Shown one piece after another: positions 1 to 12,274 of a stretch of DNA of 64,000 nucleotides (position 1 is the stretch's first letter; every line of letters begins with the position of its first letter). This stretch comes from the human T2T-CHM13v2.0 reference genome, Homo sapiens. The translations under genes and the position numbers were made by a program. The stretch lies in assembly GCF_009914755.1 (NCBI RefSeq), contig NC_060938.1, one strand, 5' to 3'. The notes under the pieces were generated by a model. That model was not told the origin of the DNA. It was given only the letters and a program-made list of their open reading frames with translations, and made no database searches.

Positions 1-90
1 TGAAAGGCAATGTTCAACTGTGTGACTTGAATGCAGACATCACAGAGCAGTTTCTGAGAATGCTTCTGTCTAGATTTTATAGGAAGATAT

Positions 91-107
91 TCCCGTTTCC
101 AACGAAA
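91..107 (-). promoter_or_regulatory. CENP-B box 1 of the HOR (recurs in each unit)
   Basis: tcccgtttccaacgaaa is the reverse complement of TTTCGTTGGAAACGGGA and matches NTTCGNNNNANNCGGGN. Confidence 0.97.
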
Positions 108-432
108 TCTTCACAGCTATCCAAATATCCACTTGCAGATTCTACAAAAAGAGTGTATCAAAACTGCTCTGTCAAAAGGAAGGTTCTTCTCTGTTAGGTG
201 AGTGCATACGTCATAAAGGAGTTTCTGAGAATGTTTCTGTCTAGTGGTTATGGGAAGATATTTGCTTTTTCACCGTAGGCCTCAGAGCGCTCCAAATATC
301 CACTTGCACATACTACAAAAAGAGTGCTTCAAAGCTGCTCTCTGAAACGGAATGTTCAACTCTATGAGTTGAATGCAAACATCACAAAGACGTTTCTGAG
401 AATGCTTCTGTCTAGATTTGATATGAAGATAT

Positions 433-449
433 TCCCGTTTCCAACGAAA
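433..449 (-). promoter_or_regulatory. CENP-B box 2 of the HOR
   Basis: Same 17-mer, 342 bp after box 1. Confidence 0.97.
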
Positions 450-770
450 TCTTCAAATCTATCCAAATGTCCACTTGCAGATTCAACAAAAAGTGTTTTT
501 CAGAACTGCTCTATCAAAAGAAAGATCCACCTCTGTTAGCTGAGTTCACACATCACAAACAAGTTTATGAGAATGCTTCTGTCTAGTTTTTATTTGAAGA
601 TATTTCCTTTCTCACCATAGAGCTGAAAGCTGTCCTAATGTTCACTTCCAGATACTACAGAAAGAGTGTTTCAAAACTGTTGTACGAAAGGGAATGTTCA
701 ACTCTGTGACTTGAATGCACACATCACAAAGAAGTTTCTGAGGATGCTGCTGTCTACTTTTTATACGTAA

Positions 771-787
771 TCCCGTTTCCAACGAAA
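771..787 (-). promoter_or_regulatory. CENP-B box 3 of the HOR
   Basis: Same 17-mer, 338 bp after box 2. The flank ttttatacgtaa is 4 bp shorter than ttttatatgaagatat. Confidence 0.97.
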
Positions 788-941
788 TCCTCCAAGCTAT
801 CCAAATATCCACTTGCAGATTCCACAGAAAGACTGTTTCAAAACTGCTCTGTCAATAGAAAGGTTCAACTCTGTTAGCTGCGTGCATATATCCCAAAGAA
901 GATTCTGAGATTGCTTCTGTCTAGTTTTTCTGGGAAGATAT

Positions 942-958
942 TTCCCTTTTCACCGTAG
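942..958 (-). promoter_or_regulatory. pJalpha-like (A-box) motif in an A-type monomer
   Basis: ttcccttttcaccgtag (minus strand CTACGGTGAAAAGGGAA) lies 171 bp after box 3, at the position homologous to the CENP-B box. More degenerate versions occur in the other three A-type monomers. Confidence 0.7.
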
Positions 959-1112
959 GTGTCAAGGCGCTCCAAATGTCCACTTCCAGATACTACAAAA
1001 AGAGTGTTTCAAACCTACTCTGTGAAAGGGAATATTCAACTCTGTGACTTGAATGCACATATCACAAGGAAGTTTCTGAGAATGCTTCTGTCGAGATTTT
1101 ATATGAAGATAT

Positions 1113-1129
1113 TCCCGTTTCCAACGAAA
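1113..1129 (-). promoter_or_regulatory. CENP-B box 4 of the HOR
   Basis: Same 17-mer, 342 bp after box 3 and 342 bp before the next box 1 (1455). Confidence 0.97.
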
Positions 1130-1363
1130 TCCTGAAATCTATCCAAATATCCCCTCGCAGATTCTACAAAAAGAGTGTTTCAAAACTGCTCTGTAAAAAG
1201 AAAGGTTCAACTCTGTTAGTTGAGTACACACATCACAAACAAGTTTCACAGAATGCTTCTTTCTAGCTTATAGGGGAAGATATTTCCTTTATCACCATGG
1301 GCCTCCAACCGTCCGAAACATCCACTTCCATATACTACAAAAAGAGCGTTTCAAACCTGCTCT

Positions 1364-2727
1364 ATGAAAGGCAATGTTCAACTCTGTGACTTGAATGCAG
1401 ACATCACAGAGCAGTTTCTGAGAATGCTTCTGTCTAGATTTTATAGGAAGATATTCCCGTTTCCAACGAAATCTTCACAGCTATCCAAATATCCACTTGC
1501 AGATTCTACAAAAAGAGTGTATCAAAACTGCTCTGTCAAAAGGAAGGTTCTTTTCTGTTAGGTGAGTGCATACGTCATAAAGGAGTTTCTGAGAATGTTT
1601 CTGTCTAGTGGTTATGGGAAGATATTTGCTTTTTCACCGTCGGCCTCAGAGCGCTCCAAATATCCACTTGCACATACTACAAAAAGAGTGCCTCAAAGCT
1701 GCTCTCTGAAACGGAATGTTCAACTCTATGAGTTGAATGCAAACATCGCAAAGACGTTTCTGAGAATGCTTCTGTCTAGATTTGATATGAAGATATTCCC
1801 GTTTCCAACGAAATCTTCAAATCTATCCAAATGTCCACTTGCAGATTCAACAAAAGGTGTTTTTCAGAACTGCTCTATCAAAAGAAAGATCCACCTCTGT
1901 TAGCTGAGTTCACACATCACAAACAAGTTTATGAGAATGCTTCTGTCTAGTTTTTATTTGAAGATATTTCCTTTCTCACCATAGAGCTGAAAGCTGTCCT
2001 AATGTTCACTTCCAGATACTACAGAAAGAGTGTTTCAAAACTGCTGTACGAAAGGGAATGTTCAACTCTGTGACTTGAATGCACAGATCACAAAGAAGTT
2101 TCTGAGGATGCTGCTGTCTACTTTTTATACGTAATCCCGTTTCCAACGAAATCCTCCAAGCTATCGAAATATCCACTTGCAGATTCCACAGAAAGAGTGT
2201 TTCAAAACTGCTCTGTCAATAGAAAGGTTCAACTCTGTTAGCTGCGTGCATATATCCCAAAGAAGATTCTGAGATTGCTTCTGTCTAGTTTTTATGGGAA
2301 GATATTTCCCTTTTCACCGTAGGTGTCAAGGCGCTCCAAATGTCCACTTCCAGATACTACAAAAAGGGTGTTTCAAACCTACTCTGTGAAAGGGAATATT
2401 CAACTCTGTGACTTGAATGCACATATCACAAAGAAGTTTCTGAGAATGCTTCTGTCGAGATTTTATATGAAGATATTCCCGTTTCCAACGAAATCCTGAA
2501 ATCTATCCAAATATCCCCTCGCAGATTCTACAAAAAGAGTGTTTCAAAACTGCTCTGTGAAAAGAAAGGTTCAACTCTGTTAGTTGAGTACACACATCAC
2601 AAACAAGTTTCACAGAATGCTTCTTTCTAGCTTGTAGGGGAAGATATTCCCTTTATCACCATGGGCCTCCAACCGTCCGAAACATCCACTTCCATATGCT
2701 ACAAAAAGAGCGTTTCAAACCTGCTCT
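1364..2727 (-). repeat. Representative single 8-mer HOR unit (U2; arbitrary register starting at atgaaaggcaatg)
   Basis: atgaaaggcaatgttcaactc occurs at 1364 and again at 2728. Contains four CENP-B boxes, two XbaI sites and one NcoI site. Confidence 0.97.
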
Positions 2728-5700
2728 ATGAAAGGCAATGTTCAACTCTGTGACTTGAATGCAGACATCACAGAGCAGTTTCTGAGAATGCTTCTGTCTA
2801 GATTTTATAGGAAGATATTCCCGTTTCCAACGAAATCTTCACAGCTATCCAAATATCCACTTGCAGATTCTACAAAAAGAGTGTATCAAAACTGCTCTGT
2901 CAAAAGGAAGGTTCTTCTCTGTTAGGTGAGTGCATACGTCATAAAGGAGTTTCTGAGAATGTTTCTGTCTAGTGGTTATGGGAAGATATTTGCTTTTTCC
3001 CCGTAGGCCTCAGAGCGCTCCAAATATCCACTTGCACATACTACAAAAAGAGTGCTTCAAAGCTGCTCTCTGAAACGGAATGTTCAACTCTATGAGTTGA
3101 ATGCAAACATCACAAAGACGTTTCTGAGAATGCTTCTGTCTAGATTTGATATGAAGATATTCCCGTTTCCAACGAAATCTTCAAATCTATCCAAATGTCC
3201 ACTTGCAGATTCAACAAAAAGTGTTTTTCAGAACTGCTCTATCAAAAGAAAGATCCACCTCTGTTAGCTGAGTTCACACATCACAAACAAGTTTATGAGA
3301 ATGCTTCTGTCTAGTTTTTATTTGAAGATATTTCCTTTCTCACCATAGAGCTGAAAGCTGTCCTAATGTTCACTTCCAGATACTACAGAAAGAGGGTTTC
3401 AAAACTGCTGTACGAAAGGGAATGTTCAACTCTGTGACTTGAATGCACACATCACAAAGAAGTTTCTGAGGATGCTGCTGTCTACTTTTTATACGTAATC
3501 CCGTTTCCAACGAAATCCTCCAAGCTATCCAAATATCCACTTGCAGATTCCACAGAAAGACTGTTTCAAAACTGCTCTGTCAATAGAAAGGTTCAACTCT
3601 GTTAGCTGCGTGCATATATCCCAAAGAAGATTCTGAGATTGCTTCTGTCTAGTTTTTATGGGAAGATATTTCCCTTTTCACCGTAGGTGTCAAGGCGCTC
3701 CAAATGTCCACTTCCAGATACTACAAAAAGAGTGTTTCAAACCTACTCTGTGAAAGGGAATATTCAACTCTGTGACTTGAATGCACATATCACAAAGAAG
3801 TTTCTGAGAATGCTTCTGTCGAGATTTTATATGAAGATATTCCCGTTTCCAACGAAATCCTGAAATGTATCCAAATATCCCCTCGCAGATTCTACAAAAA
3901 GAGTGTTTCAAAACTGCTCTGTAAAAAGAAAGGTTCAACTCTGTTAGTTGAGTACACACATCACAAACAAGTTTCACACAATGCTTCTTTCTAGCTTGTA
4001 GGGGAAGATATTCCCTTTATCACCATGGGCCTCCAACCGTCCGAAACATCCACTTCCCTATACTACAAAAAGAGCGTTTCAAACCTGCTCTATGAAAGGC
4101 AATGTTCAACTCTGTGACTTGAATGCAGACATCACAGAGCAGTTTCTGAGAATGCTTCTGTCTAGATTTTATAGGAAGATATTCCCGTTTCCAACGAAAT
4201 CTTCACAGCTATCCAAATATCCACTTGCAGATTCTACAAAAAGAGTGTATCAAAACTGCTCTGTCAAAAGGAAGGTTCTTTTCTGTTAGGTGAGTGCATA
4301 CGTCATAAAGGAGTTTCTGAGAATGTTTCTGTCTAGTGGTTATGGGAAGATATTTGCTTTTTCACCGTCGGCCTCAGAGCGCTCCAAATATCCACTTGCA
4401 CATACTACAAAAAGAGTGCCTCAAAGCTGCTCTCTGAAACGGAATGTTCAACTCTATGAGTTGAATGCAAACATCGCAAAGACGTTTCTGAGAATGCTTC
4501 TGTCTAGATTTGATATGAAGATATTCCCGTTTCCAACGAAATCTTCAAATCTATCCAAATGTCCACTTGCAGATTCAACAAAAGGTGTTTTTCAGAACTG
4601 CTCTATCAAAAGAAAGATCCACCTCTGTTAGCTGAGTTCACACATCACAAACAAGTTTATGAGAATGCTTCTGTCTAGTTTTTATTTGAAGATATTTCCT
4701 TTCTCACCATAGAGCTGAAAGCTGTCCTAATGTTCACTTCCAGATACTACAGAAAGAGTGTTTCAAAACTGCTGTACGAAAGGGAATGTTCAACTCTGTG
4801 ACTTGAATGCACACATCACAAAGAAGTTTCTGAGGATGCTGCTGTCTACTTTTTATATGTAATCCCGTTTCCAACGAAATCCTCCAAGCTATCGAAATAT
4901 CCACTTGCAGATTCCACAGAAAGACTGTTTCAAAACTGCTCTGTCGATAGAAAGGTTCAACTCTGTTAGCTGCGTGCATATATCCCAAAGAAGATTCTGA
5001 GATTGCTTCTGTCTAGTTTTTATGGGAAGATATTTCCCTTTTCACCGTAGGTGTCAAGGCGCTCCAAATGTCCACTTCCAGATACTACAAAAAGGGTGTT
5101 TCAAACCTACTCTGTGAAAGGGAATATTCAACTCTGTGACTTGGATGCACATATCACAAAGAAGTTTCTGAGAATGCTTCTGTCGAGATTTTATATGAAG
5201 ATATTCCCGTTTCCAACGAAATCCTGAAATCTATCCAAATATCCCCTCGCAGATTCTACAAAAAGAGTGTTTCAAAACTGCTCTGTGAAAAGAAAGGTTC
5301 AACTCTGTTAGTTGAGTACACACATCACAAACAAGTTTCACAGAATGCTTCTTTCTAGCTTGTAGGGGAAGATATTCCCTTTATCACCATGGGCCTCCAA
5401 CCGTCCGAAACATCCACTTCCATATACTACAAAAAGAGCGTTTCAAACCTGCTCTATGAAAGGCAATGTTCAACTCTGTGACTTGAATGCAGACATCACA
5501 GAGCAGTTTCTGAGAATGCTTCTGTCTAGATTTTATAGGAAGATATTCCCGTTTCCAACGAAATCTTCACAGCTATCCAAATATCCACTTGCAGATTCTA
5601 CAAAAAGAGTGTATCAAAACTGCTCTGTCAAAAGGAAGGTTCTTCTCTGTTAGGTGAGTGCATACGTCATAAAGGAGTTTCTGAGAATGTTTCTGTCTAG

Positions 5701-8700
5701 TGGTTATGGGAAGATATTTGCTTTTTCACCGTAGGCCTCAGAGCGCTCCAAATATCCACTTGCACATACTACAAAAAGAGTGCTTCAAAGCTGCTCTCTG
5801 AAACGGAATGTTCAACTCTATGAGTTGAATGCAAACATCACAAAGACGTTTCTGAGAATGCTTCTGTCTAGATTTGATATGAAGATATTCCCGTTTCCAA
5901 CGAAATCTTCAAATCTATCCAAATGTCCACTTGCAGATTCAACAAAAAGTGTTTTTCAGAACTGCTCTATCAAAAGAAAGATCCACCTCTGTTAGCTGAG
6001 TTCACACATCACAAACAAGTTTATGAGAATGCTTCTGTCTAGTTTTTATTTGAAGATATTTCCTTTCTCACCATAGACCTGAAAGCTGTCCTAATGTTCA
6101 CTTCCAGATACTACAGAAAGAGTGTTTCAAAACTGCTGTACGAAAGGGAATGTTCAACTCTGTGACTTGAATGCACACATCACAAAGAAGTTTCTGAGGA
6201 TGCTGCTGTCTACTTTTTATACGTAATCCCGTTTCCAACGAAATCCTCCAAGCTATCCAAATATCCACTTGCAGATTCCACAGAAAGACTGTTTCAAAAC
6301 TGCTCTGTCAATAGAAAGGTTCAACTCTGTTAGCTGCGTGCATATATCCCAAAGAAGATTCTGAGATTGCTTCTGTCTAGTTTTTATGGGAAGATATTTC
6401 CCTTTTCACCGTAGGTGTCAAGGCGCTCCAAATGTCCACTTCCAGATACTACAAAAAGAGTGTTTCAAACCTACTCTGTGAAAGGGAATATTCAACTCTG
6501 TGATTGAATGCACATATCACAAAGAAGTTTCTGAGAATGCTTCTGTCGAGATTTTATATGAAGATATTCCCGTTTCCAACGAAATCCTGAAATGTATCCA
6601 AATATCCCCTCGCAGATTCTACAAAAAGAGTGTTTCAAAACTGCTCTGTAAAAAGAAAGGTTCAACTCTGTTAGTTGAGTACACACATCACAAACAAGTT
6701 TCACAGAATGCTTCTTTCTAGCTTGTAGGGGAAGATATTCCCTTTATCACCATGGGCCTCCAACCGTCCGAAACATCCACTTCCATATACTACAAAAAGA
6801 GCGTTTCAAACCTGCTCTATGAAAGGCAATGTTCAACTCTGTGACTTGAATGCAGACATCACAGAGCAGTTTCTGAGAATGCTTCTGTCTAGATTTTATA
6901 GGAAGATATTCCCGTTTCCAACGAAATCTTCACAGCTATCCAAATATCCACTTGCAGATTCTACAAAAAGAGTGTATCAAAACTGCTCTGTCAAAAGGAA
7001 GGTTCTTCTCTGTTAGGTGAGTGCATACGTCATAAAGGAGTTTCTGAGAATGTTTCTGTCTAGTGGTTATGGGAAGATATTTGCTTTTTCACCGTAGGCC
7101 TCAGAGCGCTCCAAATATCCACTTGCACATACTACAAAAAGAGTGCTTCAAAGCTGCTCTCTGAAACGGAATGTTCAACTCTATGAGTTGAATGCAAACA
7201 TCACAAAGACGTTTCTGAGAATGCTTCTGTCTAGATTTGATATGAAGATATTCCCGTTTCCAACGAAATCTTCAAATCTATCCAAATGTCCACTTGCAGA
7301 TTCAACAAAAAGTGTTTTTCAGAACTGCTCTATCAAAAGAAAGATCCACCTCTGTTAGCTGAGTTCACACATCACAAACAAGTTTATGAGAATGCTTCTG
7401 TCTAGTTTTTATTTGAAGATATTTCCTTTCTCACCATAGAGCTGAAAGCTGTCCTAATGTTCACTTCCAGATACTACAGAAAGAGTGTTTCAAAACTGCT
7501 GTACGAAAGGGAATGTTCAACTCTGTGACTTGAATGCACACATCACAAAGAAGTTTCTGAGGATGCTGCTGTCTACTTTTTATACGTAATCCCGTTTCCA
7601 ACGAAATCCTCCAAGCTATCCAAATATCCACTTGCAGATTCCACAGAAAGACTGTTTCAAAACTGCTCTGTCAATAGAAAGGTTCAACTCTGTTAGCTGC
7701 GTGCATATATCCCAAAGAAGATTCTGAGATTGCTTCTGTCTAGTTTTTATGGGAAGATATTTCCCTTTTCACCGTAGGTGTCAAGGCGCTCCAAATGTCC
7801 ACTTCCAGATACTACAAAAAGAGTGTTTCAAACCTACTCTGTGAAAGGGAATATTCAACTCTGTGACTTGAATGCACATATCACAAAGAAGTTTCTGAGA
7901 ATGCTTCTGTCGAGATTTTATATGAAGATATTCCCGTTTCCAACGAAATCCTGAAATGTATCCAAATATCCCCTCGCAGATTCTACAAAAAGAGTGTTTC
8001 AAAACTGCTCTGTAAAAAGAAAGGTTCAACTCTGTTAGTTGAGTACACACATCACAAACAAGTTTCACACAATGCTTCTTTCTAGCTTGTAGGGGAAGAT
8101 ATTCCCTTTATCACCATGGGCCTCCAACCGTCCGAAACATCCACTTCCCTATACTACAAAAAGAGCGTTTCAAACCTGCTCTATGAAAGGCAATGTTCAA
8201 CTCTGTGACTTGAATGCAGACATCACAGAGCAGTTTCTGAGAATGCTTCTGTCTAGATTTTATAGGAAGATATTCCCGTTTCCAACGAAATCTTCACAGC
8301 TATCCAAATATCCACTTGCAGATTCTACAAAAAGAGTGTATCAAAACTGCTCTGTCAAAAGGAAGGTTCTTTTCTGTTAGGTGAGTGCATACGTCATAAA
8401 GGAGTTTCTGAGAATGTTTCTGTCTAGTGGTTATGGGAAGATATTTGCTTTTTCACCGTAGGCCTCAGAGCGCTCCAAATATCCACTTGCACATACTACA
8501 AAAAGAGTGCTTCAAAGCTGCTCTCTGAAACGGAATGTTCAACTCTGTGAGTTGAATGCAAACATCACAAAGACGTTTCTGAGAATGCTTCTGTCTAGAT
8601 TTGATATGAAGATATTCCCGTTTCCAACGAAATCTTCAAATCTATCCAAATGTCCACTTGCAGATTCAACAAAAAGTGTTTTTCAGAACTGCTCTATCAA

Positions 8701-11700
8701 AAGAAAGATCCACCTCTGTTAGCTGAGTTCACACATCACAAACAAGTTTATGAGAATGCTTCTGTCTAGTTTTTATTTGAAGATATTTCCTTTCTCACCA
8801 TAGAGCTGAAAGCTGTCCTAATGTTCACTTCCAGATACTACAGAAAGAGTGTTTCAAAACTGCTGTACGAAAGGGAATGTTCAACTCTGTGACTTGAATG
8901 CACACATCACAAAGAAGTTTCTGAGGATGCTGCTGTCTACTTTTTATACGTAATCCCGTTTCCAACGAAATCCTCCAAGCTATCCAAATATCCACTTGCA
9001 GATTCCACAGAAAGACTGTTTCAAAACTGCTCTGTCAATAGAAAGGTTCAACTCTGTTAGCTGCGTGCATATATCCCAAAGAAGATTCTGAGATTGCTTC
9101 TGTCTAGTTTTTATGGGAAGATATTTCCCTTTTCACCGTAGGTGTCAAGGCGCTCCAAATGTCCACTTCCAGATACTACAAAAAGAGTGTTTCAAACCTA
9201 CTCTGTGAAAGGGAATATTCAACTCTGTGACTTGAATGCACATATCACAAAGAAGTTTCTGAGAATGCTTCTGTCGAGATTTTATATGAAGATATTCCCG
9301 TTTCCAACGAAATCCTGAAATGTATCCAAATATCCCCTCGCAGATTCTACAAAAAGAGTGTTTCAAAACTGCTCTGTAAAAAGAAAGGTTCAACTCTGTT
9401 AGTTGAGTACACACATCACAAACAAGTTTCACACAATGCTTCTTTCTAGCTTGTAGGGGAAGATATTCCCTTTATCACCATGGGCCTCCAACCGTCCGAA
9501 ACATCCACTTCCCTATACTACAAAAAGAGCGTTTCAAACCTGCTCTATGAAAGGCAATGTTCAACTCTGTGACTTGAATGCAGACATCACAGAGCAGTTT
9601 CTGAGAATGCTTCTGTCTAGATTTTATAGGAAGATATTCCCGTTTCCAACGAAATCTTCACAGCTATCCAAATATCCACTTGCAGATTCTACAAAAAGAG
9701 TGTATCAAAACTGCTCTGTCAAAAGGAAGGTTCTTCTCTGTTAGGTGAGTGCATACGTCATAAAGGAGTTTCTGAGAATGTTTCTGTCTAGTGGTTATGG
9801 GAAGATATTTGCTTTTTCACCGTAGGCCTCAGGGCGCTCCAAACATCCACTTGCACATACTACAAAAAGAGTGCTTCAAAGCTGCTCTCTGAAACGGAAT
9901 GTTCAACTCTATGAGTTGAATGCAAACATCACAAAGACGTTTCTGAGAATGCTTCTGTCTAGATTTGATATGAAGATATTCCCGTTTCCAACGAAATCTT
10001 CAAATCTATCCAAATGTCCACTTGCAGATTCAACAAAAAGTGTTTTTCAGAACTGCTCTATCAAAAGAAAGATCCACCTCTGTTAGCTGAGTTCACACAT
10101 CACAAACAAGTTTATGAGAATGCTTCTGTCTAGTTTTTATTTGAAGATATTTCCTTTCTCACCATAGACCTGAAAGCTGTCCTAATGTTCACTTCCAGAT
10201 ACTACAGAAAGAGTGTTTCAAAACTGCTGTACGAAAGGGAATGTTCAACTCTGTGACTTGAATGCACACATCACAAAGAAGTTTCTGAGGATGCTGCTGT
10301 CTACTTTTTATACGTAATCCCGTTTCCAACGAAATCCTCCAAGCTATCCAAATATCCACTTGCAGATTCCACAGAAAGACTGTTTCAAAACTGCTCTGTC
10401 AATAGAAAGGTTCAACTCTGTTAGCTGCGTGCATATATCCCAAAGAAGATTCTGAGATTGCTTCTGTCTAGTTTTTATGGGAAGATATTTCCCTTTTCAC
10501 CGTAGGTGTCAAGGCGCTCCAAATGTCCACTTCCAGATACTACAAAAAGAGTGTTTCAAACCTACTCTGTGAAAGGGAATATTCAACTCTGTGACTTGAA
10601 TGCAGATATCACAAAGAAGTTTCTGAGAATGCTTCTGTCGAGATTTTATATGAAGATATTCCCGTTTCCAACGAAATCCTGAAATGTATCCAAATATCCC
10701 CTCGCAGATTCTACAAAAAGAGTGTTTCAAAACTGCTCTGTAAAAAGAAAGGTTCAACTCTGTTAGTTGAGTACACACATCACAAACAAGTTTCACACAA
10801 TGCTTCTTTCTAGCTTGCAGGGGAAGATATTCCCTTTATCACCATGGGCCTCCAACCGTCCGAAACATCCACTTCCCTATACTACAAAAAGAGCGTTTCA
10901 AACCTGCTCTATGAAAGGCAATGTTCAACTCTGTGACTTGAATGCAGACATCACAGAGCAGTTTCTGAGAATGCTTCTGTCTAGATTTTATAGGAAGATA
11001 TTCCCGTTTCCAACGAAATCTTCACAGCTATCCAAATATCCACTTGCAGATTCTACAAAAAGAGTGTATCAAAACTGCTCTGTCAAAAGGAAGGTTCTTC
11101 TCTGTTAGGTGAGTGCATACGTCATAAAGGAGTTTCTGAGAATGTTTCTGTCTAGTGGTTATGGGAAGATATTTGCTTTTTCACCGTAGGCCTCAGAGCG
11201 CTCCAAATATCCACTTGCACATACTACAAAAAGAGTGCTTCAAAGCTGCTCTCTGAAACGGAATGTTCAACTCTATGAGTTGAATGCAAACATCACAAAG
11301 ACGTTTCTGAGAATGCTTCTGTCTAGATTTGATATGAAGATATTCCCGTTTCCAACGAAATCTTCAAATCTATCCAAAGGTCCACTTGCAGATTCAACAA
11401 AAAGTGTTTTTCAGAACTGCTCTATCAAAAGAAAGATCCACCTCTGTTAGCTGAGTTCACACATCACAAACAAGTTTATGAGAATGCTTCTGTCTAGTTT
11501 TTATTTGAAGATATTTCCTTTCTCACCATAGAGCTGAAAGCTGTCCTAATGTTCACTTCCAGATACTACAGAAAGAGTGTTTCAAAACTGCTGTACGAAA
11601 GGGAATGTTCAACTCTGTGACTTGAATGCACACATCACAAAGAAGTTTCTGAGGATGCTGCTGTCTACTTTTTATACGTAATCCCGTTTCCAACGAAATC

Positions 11701-12274
11701 CTCCAAGCTATCGAAATATCCACTTGCAGATTCCACAGAAAGACTGTTTCAAAACTGCTCTGTCAATAGAAAGGTTCAACTCTGTTAGCTGCGTGCATAT
11801 ATCCCAAAGAAGATTCTGAGATTGCTTCTGTCTAGTTTTTATGGGAAGATATTTCCCTTTTCACCGTAGGTGTCAAGGCGCTCCAAATGTCCACTTCCAG
11901 ATACTACAAAAAGAGTGTTTCAAACCTACTCTGTGAAAGGGAATATTCAACTCTGTGACTTGAATGCACATATCACAAAGAAGTTTCTGAGAATGCTTCT
12001 GTCGAGATTTTATATGAAGATATTCCCGTTTCCAACGAAATCCTGAAATCTATCCAAATATCCCCTCGCAGATTCTACAAAAAGAGTGTTTCAAAACTGC
12101 TCTGTGAAAAGAAAGGTTCAACTCTGTTAGTTGAGTACACACATCACAAACAAGTTTCACAGAATGCTTCTTTCTAGCTTGTAGGGGAAGATATTCCCTT
12201 TATCACCATGGGCCTCCAACCGTCCGAAACATCCACTTCCATATACTACAAAAAGAGCGTTTCAAACCTGCTCT

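Noticed and set aside
1364-2727. Assignment to SF1 8-mer arrays (D10Z1, D12Z3)
   Set aside because: XbaI-type monomers, no EcoRI periodicity noticed and the 1364-bp length favour SF2. A HumAS-HMMER or BLAST search would be decisive; chr14 versus chr22 cannot be resolved here.
6500-6510. 1-bp deletions as sequencing errors
   Set aside because: Both deletion types recur at identical HOR offsets with linked SNP haplotypes (3 and 2 copies), so they are inherited variants.
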